Of a DNA stretch of 64,000 bases, positions 48,534 through 62,800 are shown piece by piece. Below the pieces are notes generated by a model. It made no database searches. It was not told the origin of the DNA and saw nothing but the letters and a program-made list of their open reading frames with translations. The DNA is from Vezdaea acicularis (taxonomy: Eukaryota). Location: NCBI GenBank assembly GCA_026025075.1, contig JAPEUI010000036.1, positions 1 to 64,000 on the forward strand, in the 5' to 3' direction. The translations under genes and the position numbers were made by a program. How positions within the stretch are numbered: the stretch's first letter is position 1; the number at the start of each line of letters is the position of its first letter.

Positions 48534-51500
48534 CTAGTGATGCTCATATAATATCCTTAGCGCCCCACCGTGCAATCCAGAATATTTACTTAGGAGGAGT
48601 CGAGGAAATGGTAGGTGTAGCTGGAGTGACAGCTTTGGAAGAAGTTTTCTTAGCTGCCGCTCTGTGACCCTCAATGATAGCGATCTTCTTGCGCAAAGAG
48701 TGCCGGCGACCAGTCAAATGAGCGACAACTATGAGCAGGTCAGTTTTGTTCTACATACGGTGCAGAATGGTTCTCACGCTTTTCCACGTCCTTACGATCT
48801 TCGGCCTCAACTCCATTAATAGGACCGAGGTCAGTCTTGACATCTTGCCCAACGGTGCTACCCTTCTTTTGTGCTGAAGAATCCTCATTCTCAAGAATGG
48901 CCTCTAGCATTCGCAATGCCGTGAGATATGCCATTTCGCAACCTTTAAGGTCTTCTCCTATTAGCTCATTGACTGCTGCTGAACGGCTCATCTCCACAGC
49001 CCGTTCATACATCAGCTTCTCAGCTGTCACGCCAGGTGTCAAATGGAGTGTGTCTGATGACGATTCTCGGCCTGGATCTAATGAATCTTGATTACTGGTA
49101 TGATTAGGGTGAGATACAGGTAACTGGCTCTGGGCGTCTTTCAACTTCTGGCGGACAAATTCGGCTTTTTCTAAAGTTATGTTGAATCTGTCGCGTGTCC
49201 ATTGCACCACGTTATTGAAGCGAGTGGCCATGGCTGGATTTTGAGATGGCTGCATATCTGTTCTTGGCGTAGATGCTTCACCAATCACCTCACCACGGTC
49301 TTTCCGATAGAACCAAGCGCTGGCAATGTCCATGCCCTTCGCTAAGAGTCCTAGAGCTTTGACGTATAACACTAGAGCCTCTTCTGACAAGATCATCATT
49401 GCATCTGCTGTCAGTGCGACTCCTTCGTGTACATGTTCGCCATTGGCTGTTTGTAGCCCAAGCCCGTGGTCTGTTGAGGGGACCATCGGGATGAGCTGAG
49501 CGTATTTGACCTCAGCGAAGCCATATACCACGTCACTACGCGATGCTATCTCTTCGACAAGGTGAGTTACTCTGGAGTCCTCATCCTGCGGCCCCTTAGC
49601 CTTAGAATCACCAATAAGTATCAAGCTACCCCTAGGTGCTGGATAGACAGGAAATGCTCCATACCCCTGCGGAGGTGATGGACCCTTTCCAAGAGTCGGT
49701 GGCGAAAACCCAATGCCGAATAGCCTTAAATTTGCGAGATTTAGGGCTTTGGAGATAGCAGACGTTGTCGAGGTAGGACTGGCTCCGTATTGCCTTTCGT
49801 ACGAATTCTTCCGAGAGTGGTGCTGATCTGGACGCTGATGACCCGTGGCGATCTGCATAGCTCGAGACGGAGGCGCTTGAGTTCCAGTCGTGGACGTTGG
49901 GTGCCCTTGCGTTGTAGCACGACGGACCATCGCACCTTGCTGAGGAGCGGATTTTCCATAGCCTCCATGAACACGTGGACTAGCAGCTAGCTCATCCGCG
50001 AATGCATTCATGACAACAGCCTGCTTCTCGACAACGACGTAGTCACGCTCAAACGCAACATCCTGTTCCGCTCTTTGCCGTAATTCTCGGACTGCTTGCT
50101 CGTTGCGTTGTGCAGCTCGCTCTCGTGCGACTTGATTCGAGTTGCGGCTTACGTTTCTCTCCATTGGTACCGCGGCTCTTTGACCTTGGCCCTGTATCAG
50201 ATCTTGTCTACTGGGAGCCGTCGCTGCAGTCACTATCGAAGGGCGCCGATTGGTCTGAGCTGTCTGTCGTGCTTCACGTACACCAGCAACGTTGGCGAAG
50301 TTACTGCTATATCGTCGGCCTTGAGCGCTGGGACGAGAAGAAGCGCCTTGCGGCGGCAGGGAAGGGGGTTTCTGAGGCTCTTCGCGAACTTGAGCAACTG
50401 CGTTACGTCCATCGCCAAGCCCACAGTCTTGTTGGAATAAACCCCTTTCTGCTGTAGATCTGCTCTTTTCGTCAGTCACGGCATACTTCTCCATGTTTTT
50501 TGCTGCATCAGGAAGATCTTCCCGCCGAAGGCCTGGTATGTCATCAACGATGACAGGATCGTTGAAAAAGTCATCGAAGCTCATTCGCTCCACCGGCTTC
50601 CTTCGCAGAAGGTGCCGAATTAACCTTTTCACATCGCTGCTTACGAGGACGTCGTCCGGGAATCTTATCTTATCTTCGTTCTTCTCAATCTTTCGAAGAA
50701 GTTCAACGTGATTTGCTGCCCTGAAGTAAGGCTTCCCAATCATCATTTCAAATAAAACAGTGCCGACAGACCAAAGATCGGCCTTAGCGTCATACTTCTC
50801 GTAACGTAGTATCTCGGGTGCCATGTAAAGTGGAGAACCACATAGAGTATCTGCCAACGACGTGGACGGTAGCGATCGCGCGAATCCGAAATCAGCTAAT
50901 TTCAACATTGGTAAAGAATTGACCCCAGCTACTGGGACCAAGGAGTTCTCATTAATCGCATATGAGACGAGAGACGGGTGCGCCTTTAGGAAGTTCGGTG
51001 ATGGGTTGAGTAGCAGATTTTGTGGCTTGATGTCTCGGTGGACTAGATTCTTTGCCCGAAGAAACTCTAGAGCACTTGCTAGCTGTTTGAGAAAATGGCG
51101 GACGACGACCTCGTGGAAGCCACCATTTGGACTGGTTGGATACTTTGTTGCCATGTCGACAGTTGTCTCATGCTCCGCAAGTCGATCACGCTTCTTGATG
51201 AAGTAGGACAGGTCACCCAAGGAACAGTATTCCATGATAAGGTTGATATGTTTCGGGGTTTCGAAGCAATCAACAAGACAGACGATATGGGGATGCTGCA
51301 AAGCCATCAAGATGTTGATCTCCGAGGTTAGATTCTCTTTTAACTTCTTGTTGAGCTTTGTCATGTGCACTTGTTTGACTGCGGCAATGTTGCCTTTCTT
51401 CTACGTCATTAAACTCATTAGCTACTTCTATAGGCCAGCCAGGATGCCCAAGTCTCGACTGAGCTTTCGAGATCATATACGACAGACAAACAGCAAACTC

Positions 51501-51631
51501 ACCACATGTACACCTTTGTAGACAATTGCAAAGCTCCCTTTACCAATTTCCTCGACAATTCGGTATGGCCCGACATGCCATTCTTCTCTTGAGCTTTTTG
51601 ATCGAGTTGCCCCAGACCGAGGCGCAGCCAT
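48534..51631 (-). CDS. ATG1: Autophagy Ser/Thr kinase Atg1 (at least 3 exons; exact 3' end slightly uncertain)
   Basis: [71 protein letters not shown]-terminal ERDYVVVEK and [15 protein letters not shown]. Confidence 0.97.
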
Positions 51632-52643
51632 AGTGGCGGGAAAGCTTCGATTCCCTTCCTCGAGCTCGAATCCTCCGATACGCAAGTGATTCAGACTATT
51701 TGTTGCATTAAATAAGTGAAGGTCGTGTGGACAAGCTCATCGCTCGTGAGAATGGAAGTCAATGATGGAGGATTGGGGCCTCGCCCAAGCGAATGTGAGA
51801 CCGTCAAGGAATTGAGGTTCAAGAACTTGCCGAAGATTAGAGACTGGACGTTCAGGCTGTAGCGATCTGTTGCAGGCAACAAAAAGGGCGACTACCAAGG
51901 TGTCGTTCGATAAGGCTGTACCTTACAGTAAACGAGAGACTAGGCTGCTAAAGTCCAAGCTCCGTCGCAGGGTCTAATGATCTGTGTTGGAAAGTTAAAC
52001 TTCTGTCGAGAGGCTGGACATGAGGGGGAAAGTAGGCCGGAGTTGGATGCAGGAGATGAGAGTGAGGATGGCAAGCTCCAGCGGTCGGATGGCACCAGCT
52101 TGAGAACGATAAGGTGTGAAGGGAGATATTAGAGGTGGTGTGAGAGGATGGAGAGAGAGCGAGGGCGAGGTGTGACTTGATGACTGGGACTTGGTTTCTC
52201 GGGTGCTACGACTACGCGATTCCACCATAGGAGAACGCGATGGGTTACGTTTGGCTGGTGGGCGAGCTTGGCTGTCAGCGTTGTCCCAACCCATTCCCCC
52301 TTTCATAAGGATTCAGTCGAGGCTGCATAATTAGATGGTGTACAACTATCAATTCTCCGTGAGTACTAGAAGTTTGGTTTGTGTACGAACGAGTGTCTTC
52401 GTGACAGCCTGCCGTAGTAGAGATCGTTATCGATACCCCACTGGGGCTTCCCCGCCATAGGCGCAAGGTTGCATCAGGTGCGCACTTTTTGCGGATACCC
52501 CACGAAATAAAGCCTTGATCCATCGCAACCACTGCATTATCTACACCCCTTCTCAACAGTGCAAATCACTACGTACTGAGTCGTGCCCGCGCTGAACTGG
52601 TTGATAGTCGTTTTTAAAGCGAAACCAAGTCCTCTCGAAGGCT

Positions 52644-55476
52644 CTATATCCCCAGACCCCGGACGAGCAGCCAGAGTACCACCGGTACAATTACATTATC
52701 ATTCCCACCAGTAAGGACTGCTTCCATCAAGCTCGCTCCAGACGCCGCAAGGAAAATTTTGGACATGCCTGCACCCCAAGACTCCATCCATCCACCTGCA
52801 ACACCCCAAATCCTGGCTATTACTAATCCAAGCGTCACCGCGGCGGCAAAGGCAAAGCTCCCTTCTAAGCTCTTGCCACCACTCCAGAGCCACTTATGGC
52901 GGCCGAATCTACGGCCAATGAGTGATGCAGCTGCATCTCCCATGCCCACACAGATTACACCTGCGACCATGCCGATGTCCCTGCTTCCAACGTCCCAGTC
53001 TTTCCAACAACCCGAACCTGTTCGAGGCAAAGCAGCCAAAGACAGCCAAAGTGGGATAGCACAGCCAATCAAGAGGAAAATGTGAGAGACTATAACCGGG
53101 CCACGAAGGTCTCGTCCGTCAACATAGGGCTGTAGGAAGTAGGCTAAGGGTTTAGACAATGGCGGGAGCTGAGATGCGCGGAAAAGGTCAAGGAGCAAGA
53201 AGATAGCAAGGATGAGAACAAGTGCGAGAGATGCGAAAGTCGGGTCGATGAAAGTACAGGGGAGGAACATAGCAACCATCATGCCGTGGAAAACCTTTCG
53301 ACGAGTATCAACTTCAACGATGGTGTTGAGACGAAGAACAACGGCCATCCCTGTAATGAGTACACCCAAGCAATAGGCGCATATCAAGAGGCGGGTGTTT
53401 GCTTCGCCGAAGGTGCTCATTCGAATTTGAGCTAAACGCCGATATTGACATTTGGCACCAAAGGTGTAGGAAGGAAGACAGATCCAGCCGTCCAATTCCT
53501 GAGAAGTGAGCCATAGCCTTAGACTCGGTATGTTTCCAAAAAGATATCCAATCGCCCACCCAAATGGTTCGCTTTGATTCAAAGCATATGTTTCAACATA
53601 CGGACGTATTCCGATCAGAACGATGCAAAGAACGACAGTGTATACATATGCAGCGTACGTCCACTTTCGAACCGTAGCTTGCAATGGCGTCATCGACAAG
53701 TAGAATTGCACAGTTGAGGGCGTAGATCTTTTGCGTCGCGACTTCGACCCTCGCCCTGTTTCGTTCCTAGAATTTGACGGAAGAGGAATAGGCAGAGTGT
53801 TTCGTCGCCTTGAACGAACTGGCTTGGAGCCAGAGCTGCTGCCATTGAGAGTAATCTCAGGGCCCTGTTCAGTCCCTCCGATAGACGGCAACTCGTTTCT
53901 TGTCCCTGGGTTGGTCCGTTCAGTAGTATGAGAAAAGCGACGCTTCAGACCAATCGTATTTTTCTGACTCAAATCATGGTCAGCTTCACTATCCTGCTCA
54001 TGGTCCCTAAATAACCCAAATTTGCCTGCCTTCTTTTGCAGACTCATATTAAGGAAGCCAAGGAACACATTTTGAGCCCTTATCAACTGTCCAGCTCGCC
54101 TAAATCTTGACCTTGGTATCCTTGCCAAAGTCACACCCCACTGGATGACTTGGCCGCAGAGGACGAAAATACAGACGCCACCACCCCAAATCAAGGCCTT
54201 CAAGATGACCGTTTGTGGAGCACTTGCGTGAATGAGTACATTTATTAGTGATATAGATAGCAGGTGTACTTCTGCTGGAAGTAAACTGGTTGTCGTCAAG
54301 TATTGGAGTACGGCTACCAGGGATTGGTGAAGAGGGTAAAGTATTATCAGAATCTCCCGATCTAATGGCAGGTAAGATCTTTGCTGGGAGAAAGCCTTTC
54401 CAGCGCGAGTGGTGTGTAGAGTCCATTTCGTCCGCGGCATGAGCAGCGGAAGACTAGCAAGAAGCCAGTGAACAGTGTCATAGCCGTCGATTCCGGCAAT
54501 GTAAGAGAAAACCCCTTGTGGTATCGCTGAGATGCTAAGGATGAGGTTTGGGAGAATGGAATGATGGAATGTCGGAAGAAGTGACAATGTCACCAGAACA
54601 GGAAGGAATATCGGATAAAGGAGGGGTGCTGGGTCAAATGTAGACGGAATGCATATCCTAACCCTTGCCGACCCGTTCAATGAGTTGTAGAGAAGGCGTA
54701 ATGGATACAACGCATACAATAATAGTACAGTCCCGAAATGAACCAGAAGTTCTCCTGTCATCTTTATTGAGCAGCAGATGGAAATAGGTCTTTCTCAAGT
54801 ACTCACCTTGGTACCATTCTCCAGCCGCTTCCTGCACATTTTCGCTGTAAAGTATTGCTATCCCAATGGCTCCAAGCAGCCCTACTTCTGTTCCTCTTCG
54901 AACAAACTCGGCGTGTCGTTTCTTCTTCCGCCTTTCCTCTATCAATGAGGTCCGTTCAATACTTAGTTCCCTCTCATGTTCTAATTTACTGTACGTAATA
55001 GCCTCCAAGCTTGCAATCGACAACCTTCTTGCATCTATTTCGAGATACGCTGGGGTGAGAAGTGGGCTGGGGGTGCTGTCCGAGTTCGGTCCTTGCGTAT
55101 CTCGAAGCCCTTTCCGAGGCTTTACCGGGGGTGCAGGCAAGCGGCGTACGATAGGTAGACTCTCATCGTCTGCTTCGCTGCCACTGTCTTCGGCCGAGGT
55201 TGACTGTTTCCAACGAGTCGCTTCGTTTCCATCATATGTCGCATAATCGTTCTCGGATGAGGACTGGGGGGGCGTTTGAGGGAGAGAACCTAAGTCAGCC
55301 GATTCGATCTCTCCTGCCTCCGTACTAGCTTCTAATGAGATTCCGCGGCGGTGGTATGGATGAGGCGAGCGTGAGAGATTTCTAGAACGCCAGGACTGGT
55401 GAGGGGTCAAACTGTCATCGTCGTGAAGGTTGGAGCGGCTAGGTGGTAAGTTTGGCGCATTAAGGTTCTTGGGCAT
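52644..55476 (-). CDS. SEC59: Dolichol kinase (2 exons)
   Basis: EVDTRRKVFHG, YVDGRDLRGPVIVSHIFLLIGC, GVICVGMGDAAASLIGRRFG, KSLEGS, GGNDN. Confidence 0.93.
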
Positions 55477-56776
55477 TTCGGGAATCTGCGAAGGAATGTT
55501 TCCATAAGGCTAAGACGTGAGCTAGACCATACTGCGGCGGCTAGATCTAGCGTAATTGAAGCTGATACAGCTTGAATGCAGGCTTTGAAGCTTGGTGTAG
55601 CCTCGTTGAAATGGAACCTTGTTTTGTAATGAATTTGTTTTCACATGCTCAAGAAGCTTAATTCAGTGGGTTGGGAAGCAGCATGTCAGCTCGGCTGCGG
55701 GTTGGCTCTTTGCCATACTTGAACCACATTCTGCTCCGGCAGAAAAAATGTTTCTACGATCAGTAATTTGTAGTTCTTCACAGTCTGTTATAAATTATAC
55801 CCTTTGCAGTATTGGAACAATGCAATATGCACCGAAGATGTCTACTACTACCATTCAAAAGTACTGCAAATAAGTCTTACATTTGAACGACTACTCAAAA
55901 GCATGACCTTCTCCCGCCCTAAACTTTGGAGGCTATTGCAGCTAGCTTCAAAACAAGAATTTGAGCGAATACCTGGCGAACGCATAACTGGTAGTTGATT
56001 TGATCTTTCGCCTAGTATACGCGGACTTGGGGCTATAGATGCTCTTATGATGTGTGCTTGAAAATAGACTAAGCTGGCGTATACATTGAATGCGTAGTCG
56101 AGGAAGCGTACACATAGACACGCAGTAAATAGATATTAAACCATAGGGCTCTCAGCTGAGTAAGGAACCGCTAAATGGTGTTCAATTTCTAAGTCCTATC
56201 GTAGTCTTCAAAGCTAGACTGGGGTCGAGTTGTCATTACCCCAGTTGCGTCTGTGCTGACAGGTCCGGAAGTTTATTCCTTAGTCTTTAGCAAATATTGT
56301 GGTGCGTCTTGCGTTACTTAGTGAAGATAACTGGCGGACAGAAGCTGTTGTGGAGTCAAGAACGCTCATTCTCAACAGATAGCTTCCTTTCCATACTGTA
56401 AGCGGCAAGAAAAGCACTAGGCCCCTGCCCATCGTGATTTGTATATAGACAGGGTAGTGAACCCTTTAAGGTAGGGAAGCCTTTAACAGTTATTTCTTTT
56501 TATGTGATAGTCGAACCACCTGTGAGACAGAGAATCTTTGATGTCATCTTGGTTTTATTGCAATGACTTCATACGAGAAGAGTGTTCCTTGTTATTGTTG
56601 TTTAAGTCTCGTGATAACCATCCATGGAACTGACCAAGATAGTTAGTATTATTTTTATTGCTACTACCGTAACTAATTCAGAAGAGCGGAAAAAGCGCCT
56701 ATGACTGTTGCTAATTGTTAAAACGACCGCTGCAACTCATTTGATGGAAGAATAAATGGCAGGACCCCTATTGTGG

Positions 56777-56800
56777 TTTGCGTTTGCGTTTGCGTTTGCA
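56777..56800. repeat. (TTTGCG)n hexamer repeat
   Basis: tttgcgtttgcgtttgcgtttgca. Confidence 0.85.
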
Positions 56801-57259
56801 TCGCTGCAGCGTCCAATTGACTTAAAAATATGGAGAGCCGCTTAGTGTCGAAATACTGAATCGCAGTGGCCGTTCATCCTGATTAGAACAAGGTCAAAGC
56901 CCTAATTTTGTTGCTGTCATCCCCAATTGCCGTAGCAAATCAATACATGAAAAGAGGGTTATTCTGGTTGTTGTATTGAATAGTAGACCAACAGGCCTAA
57001 CTAAGGCCAGATCTCTGTCGGAGCATGCTGCTAACATTGCTAATCGAGGGCAATATCTACAGGAGAGACCTCTATCGGCTGATGCGTGCCACTCAGAACA
57101 GCTTAGCTAAGTCGGCTTGAGCTGTTCTTCCGCCCCAAGAATTACTAGCAGATAGCCACTTGACGCACTAAGTATGCAAGACGAGTGTAGTGCTTAAGGA
57201 AGCAAATCCGAGCCGTAGTATTGATGCAAGACTCGCATGACTCCCATCTCATCAAATAC

Positions 57260-59812
57260 TCACCCAAGCAACTCGCGCATACCATCCCCAACTACGTTCA
57301 GGTATCCGAGCTGAGTGATTGCGCTTGGGTCCCAACCACCCCCTTCGCCTTTGCCGATCGCGGTTTCAGCCAAATGTTGTAGCGCCCCATGGCCCCCTTC
57401 GCCCGCACTCAATAGCTGCAACTTCTTGCCGATTGCATCACCTATTGCAACGTCCCAGCCTTGACATGGAGGCCCCTCAATTACGGTCTGAGATAGCCGC
57501 CTCGCTCGTATTAGGCTGTGCAGATCCTTCAGACCCTTCCATGCCTCTTCGCGCGTCTCGGGACAGTCGACAAGTTCCACGAGAGTGAGTGCAGTAAGCG
57601 CAGTAAAGTGGTGATCTAGAGGCGGGGAGACGGGTCCTGTTGGTCGACTAAGCAAAGTCACCATCAGCATCGCCAAGGGAATTAGGTCAAGCGGCTCCGC
57701 AGATGGCGCATGACGCGTTATCAGTAATTTAACATGATTCACTGCGAGCTGAAGCAATTCGAACGATGGGAGGGTTGCCGAGAGTGGTTCGGTGAAGCGA
57801 GCCAGTTCCCCTCGGAGGAGCTTTGAGACGAGAGGTGCTGAGGACGATGCAGGCGGGAGGACTGAAGCATGAGAGACAAAAAGATCTGCTAGGTGACCGA
57901 TGATGCATGAAAGTCCTAGAGAAGGGCGATGGGTCAGCTACGCACACACGCGGAGAACGGAGGAAGCTTACGAGCAAGATTATAAGAAGATTCGCCAAGA
58001 AGAGAACGATCTTCGGGAAGGAGCACTACGCTGTCATCCGAGATGAGGACAGGATTCGATGTGCTACAGGCGTTCCAGCGATCGATGATGATGAGAGTCC
58101 ACCAGATGCGGCGTGCTAGCTTGGCATCGGAGTCGGGGTCACCAGAGGAGTGCTTCTCGGCCCGACGATTGACCTGCATTTTCAGATGATACGCAAGGCC
58201 GACGGCCATGCCGAGCCAGACACTGCGAGGAGATCCTAGTTGGCTTTGCATGATAGCCGAGCCATGATTATCAGCCGCGAGGGCCATGAGAATGATGGTC
58301 TGTAATAAAATAAGGTTCGTGGAGATTGTACGGGTAGCAGCATTTTCAAACTGAGAGGCCGTTATGAGATCCACTGCTTTCCTCGCGCTCTGAGGGTCCA
58401 GCTGTGGTAAGCCTGAGGATGGATAGGACCTAATGCATGCGTACAGAGCTTCAAGGAACGCCTCTCTTAGTGTGACGGGGCAATTGGCAAGCCGTGACCG
58501 TAGTCGAGATTTCGAGTCGGAGAGCAAGGGTAAGGTAGGATGTACGAAGGAATAGTATCTATAAAATGGTGAGCAAGCATACTCGTAGGTGATACCTATA
58601 TCACGTACTTGTCAATGGTCTTTTCATCCCATTCCAGTATAGCATCGCTTGTGTTCTGTTCGGACGAACGCGTGTCGCTTGGCTCATATGGATTTGCGAG
58701 ACTAGATCGTCGAATGTCCGACGGATTTTGTCTCCAAAACGGCTGAGCAACGCCGTTTGGTGAGAATTGCGGCCTGTAAATTCCAGAAGTTGAATTTGGG
58801 TCGGCTATGGAGGCGGTCGACTGTGGCGTCTGCGAGTTCGGGATTGAGGAGGGGTGAGGCAAATGACGTGGGATGTCCTGCGGAGGCCATGCACCTATGG
58901 ATGGTCGTTGTGGCATGCCAGAGCCGTACGAAGAGCTCTGGAGCTCATTTGATGCCGAATGTGTCCTCTTTCGTAACCTCGAGTTAGCCCCACCAATCGA
59001 AGAAGAGGGTGAAAATTCTTCATCTCCTCGGGGAGACGTCCCATCGTCATACATCGGCATGGACTGCATATCGCCCGTCTGCATGGAGTTTTCGAGAGTG
59101 TTCAGACGATCGGCAAGTTCTTTGATGTAGCTACGCACATCATCAGCATCTTTCTCGGTCTAGTTCGCAACCGTCCATCTCACCCTTTGCTCGGTCCTCG
59201 TTTCATTGGGATTCTGCTGAATTGACATCGAGAACCAACGCGCTTGCAGCTGGAACATTGATCCGGCCCCGACTCGGATGTCGCGTCACAGCGTATCTGC
59301 ATCGAAGTTAGTCGAATACTGATTTCGGAGAGGTAGGACCATGCGCCGACCTTTTTTCGGCGACATTCATCGCAAGCCCTTGATACCTTTGATCTCTTTC
59401 TTGGAGCCATTGTGGGATCGGCACCTTGGTCGTTTGGGTCTCCTTCACCGGCGCCGAATTGCTCCGTCGGTGAACTTCCCTGCTCGGCCTCACGACCACC
59501 TTGCAGCTGCACGGCCATGTCCGAGTCGCTGCTTGTCATCATTCGCATTTGCCCATGACCGTCATTTCCTGATAGTTGGAAATTGTCCGATGAAGGCAGG
59601 GCTTGCTGGCTGAAGAAGGGCCCGGCATTCACGCCCATATTGCCCGTTGATGGAGAGGGATATGATGGAGGCACAGCCATCTCTGGGACGTCATCGTGGC
59701 TAATCGCCGCGGTCATCGACTTTGGCGAATGCATCGGACTATCTGCGTGCGTCGACGGGCCGTTCATGTTGAATTCTGTCGATGTGGTGTTCGGTGCCAC
59801 ATCTGCTGCCAT
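57260..59812 (-). CDS. Zn(II)2Cys6 transcription factor, Rgt1-like (glucose-responsive type), multi-exon, with fungal TF middle homology region
   Basis: RKRSKVSRACDECRRKK/IRCDATSESGPDQCSSCKRVGSRCQFSRIPMKRGPSKG/YIKELADRL; ARRIWWTLIIIDRW. Confidence 0.88.
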
Positions 59813-62800
59813 GTCGTCTGCTCAGTCGCGGCAGCAGACTCGCATACCTCGGATAAGATGCGCAGATTGTCCGTCTGAAGCAGAAGCTGCCACGCGTGCC
59901 GAGTTCCTCAGCGACGAAGAACAGGTGAAGTGGAGATGAGCAGCAACGGATGCCCACGAACGGCGCCTGAAGGGACACGATCCGGCGGAAAAATGAAGGC
60001 CCGTGGGAAGAGAGCGTGGGTCGTTCTGGTTGTGGGGGAGACGGTAGGAATGGAGACAAGCTTCGGGAAGTCGGAAAATCGGCTTTGCAATGCTCCGTTG
60101 GTGCGCGTGCCCGTACGAGAGCTCTGCCTCATCGGTCAGCGCTCAGAGGCATTGATCTCGTCAGGGGATGGAACGATGGCGAATGGGTCCTGTATCACAC
60201 GGCGACCGTCGACTGGCAGCAGCAGAGGAGAATGGAACGGAGCAGCGCACAGCTTGGGTCGGGCGCGGGAGGGTCGGGAGCGGAGAAACGATGAGACGAG
60301 ACGGGAAAAAAGGTGGAGGTCGAGTCGGCCGAAGCGAGCTGGTGCAGCTTCCAGCTCCCCCGTCCGGTCCCGCAGCCTTTTTTTTCCCTCCAGCCCTCCG
60401 CCCGCTCGCTTCGCGGCCGGGTGCTCGTGCGGGCCACGGCGCCCGGCTTGCATCGTCCCACTCTCGCCGTCCGAAGACAGAGGAGAGAGGAGCGGTCGAG
60501 CTCCAGCGAAAAGTCAATTGCACACCTCACCGGCAGCCTTCCTGCAGGAAGATCGGCACGGCGGCCGTGTCGTATGGGCAGGCGCGACTGGCGGGCGGAT
60601 GATGGACCGATGAGCTTACATAACGCGGCGGTCCATCGGCAAGCTCTCCGCGTCGCTGTTCCGCCCTCGCAGCACGACGTAATGAGTAACGTGGTCCTGG
60701 TTGACTCCACATTCCCGTTCTCGTACTCGACTGCCCTTCCCCTCGTGCCTCGACCCACGCACGACGGGCGGTGCATTCGTATCGTGGTCGCTCGCTACCT
60801 CCCCGACCCCGAGAGGGCCTTCTGACTGGCTGCCGTCATGCGTTTCGGGCAGAGGTGGGGAAGCTTCATAGACCCTGAATGCAGTCGGACGCCCGAGATA
60901 GCCATCGACAGCAGTCACTTGCTTAGTTTGCCTATCTCGGACGAAGGCAAGTTCAAGACGGGGGGCACTGCCGCATTTCTCGGCTGGCGACGGGAAACGG
61001 GCAAGACGGGGCAACCGACGCTCACGAGCCCTTCGTGCCCTTCTCCTGCCCACCGACGAATCGGGAGAAAGTAAGAGGCGCTGGTGCGCGTTCGCCTCAG
61101 TTTGCCCGACCTGTCACCCTCCTTCGTCCTCATAGACGTCGTGATGTCGTGATATCGCACATCCTAGCGTAGATCCAGCGTCAAAGGGAGCTGCAATATC
61201 TCTGGGGCTGTGCGGATGGGAGACAGCTTCGCATAGCAGCTAGATACGCTGCCTGACCACCCTGCCAATCAGTCTCTTACGTCTTCCTGATTGTCATGGC
61301 CGCACTGAGGGAGGCACCGACGATGGGTATGTACGTGCTTCCGTATGAACCTGACAGCGCTTCCATCACTCTAATGAATACGGCCAGCACCATCCAAACA
61401 AGCACTCAAGCTTGGTGTTCACGGTTGCGGTGATTTCTCTCTGCAGCGGACGCCCAAAATGCTCCGTGAGCGGCCCAATCAGATCTGCCATGCAGCGAGA
61501 TCCGTTGTACATATCGGCATACAGAGGCGAACGATCCCTGTGGTGATTGTGGCCGGTCTTCCGTACGACGAGGTCCGACATGCAGCCCACCAGATCAACA
61601 CCACATCGCACCTAGAATAAGCTATCTGTCTGGACCATCGGCCTATTCTTACCCACCACCCTGATGACGGAGGATCATTGCATGCTCCGTAGCTAATTAC
61701 ACTGGCCTGCCACGCACGCCGTGTAAGATTTGTTCGCTTGACTGAAACCATCACCGTTTGGGAAGAATAGAGAGCCTCTCTCTTGGCCGCCTCCGCGGTG
61801 ATGCAACCACGACCATCATGCGACGACTGCTGGAGGGCATGGTGTCTTCAGCGGAGCGCTAGAAGGAGCATAGACGCTTTCGGAGGCCTGGCCAAGACGC
61901 TCACGATGCGATCTGCCGGGGTCGAGGTACAGACGACTCGGTATTGGTCACAGATCCCTATGGCTCGAGACGTCGGAAGTACCAGCCCCCTCGTCGAAGT
62001 AGTCACGGATGACAAGCTAGGATGAAGGCCAAATCTCCTTGGGGACGCACCGACCTTCGCCTGGCCCGAGACACCGACCACGCCCCCTCACGGAGTCGCC
62101 GCCCTTGTGCATTGCGCCTGCATTCCCGCCGCCATCGTCCTCATGCCGCGGCAGGAGTGGCCGGTACGCCACCATTCATCTTCACGATCCCAAAGGAACA
62201 GGCAGCACCAATAACACAATGCCATCATCTTCACACGGCTTCTGTCGCAGATCATGCACATCGCACCACCAGCGCGCATCGAGGGTCGTGGGCCTTCCGG
62301 TCAAACACCAAGGTTGCCACCCTCCCCGCCTTTCGATCCTCGACCTCCACCTTGACGTCGACACCGATGTCCACGACGCCGTTCCGCTCTAGCGTGGCCC
62401 CACCGACAACGTTTGGACGGATAGGCAAGCTTCACATCGCGACTTCAAACGCCCTTGTATGTCATCGTGACGATGATCACGAACCGACCTTCAAAAGAGG
62501 AATCTCCGCGAGGTCCGGTCCGCGCACGTTCCCGATCGAGGGAGGCGCGATCATTTGGGGTCAAGTCGAGGCTCCCTCGACGCTGCTACTTGCGACTGCC
62601 GACTGCGGGGGCTGGGAGATTATCAGAGAGTGCCACATGGAGTGGTCTTGGATCGCGAGCATGACTTCACGGGCGAAGCCACCGAGGGGCTTGCAGCCGG
62701 CCCCCAAGAGACCAGAGACAGCAGCAGCCATACCGAGATTGGGCGAAAGCGGCGCGCGCGAGTCTAGAGCGCTGGAGATGACGGGCATCCGCGAAGTCTT

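Noticed and set aside
56020..56490. Possible third LTR fragment (11-nt match TAGACACGCAG to the 264-bp LTR; a TGTAAG..ACA segment)
   Set aside because: No target-site duplication, and the match is too short to support homology
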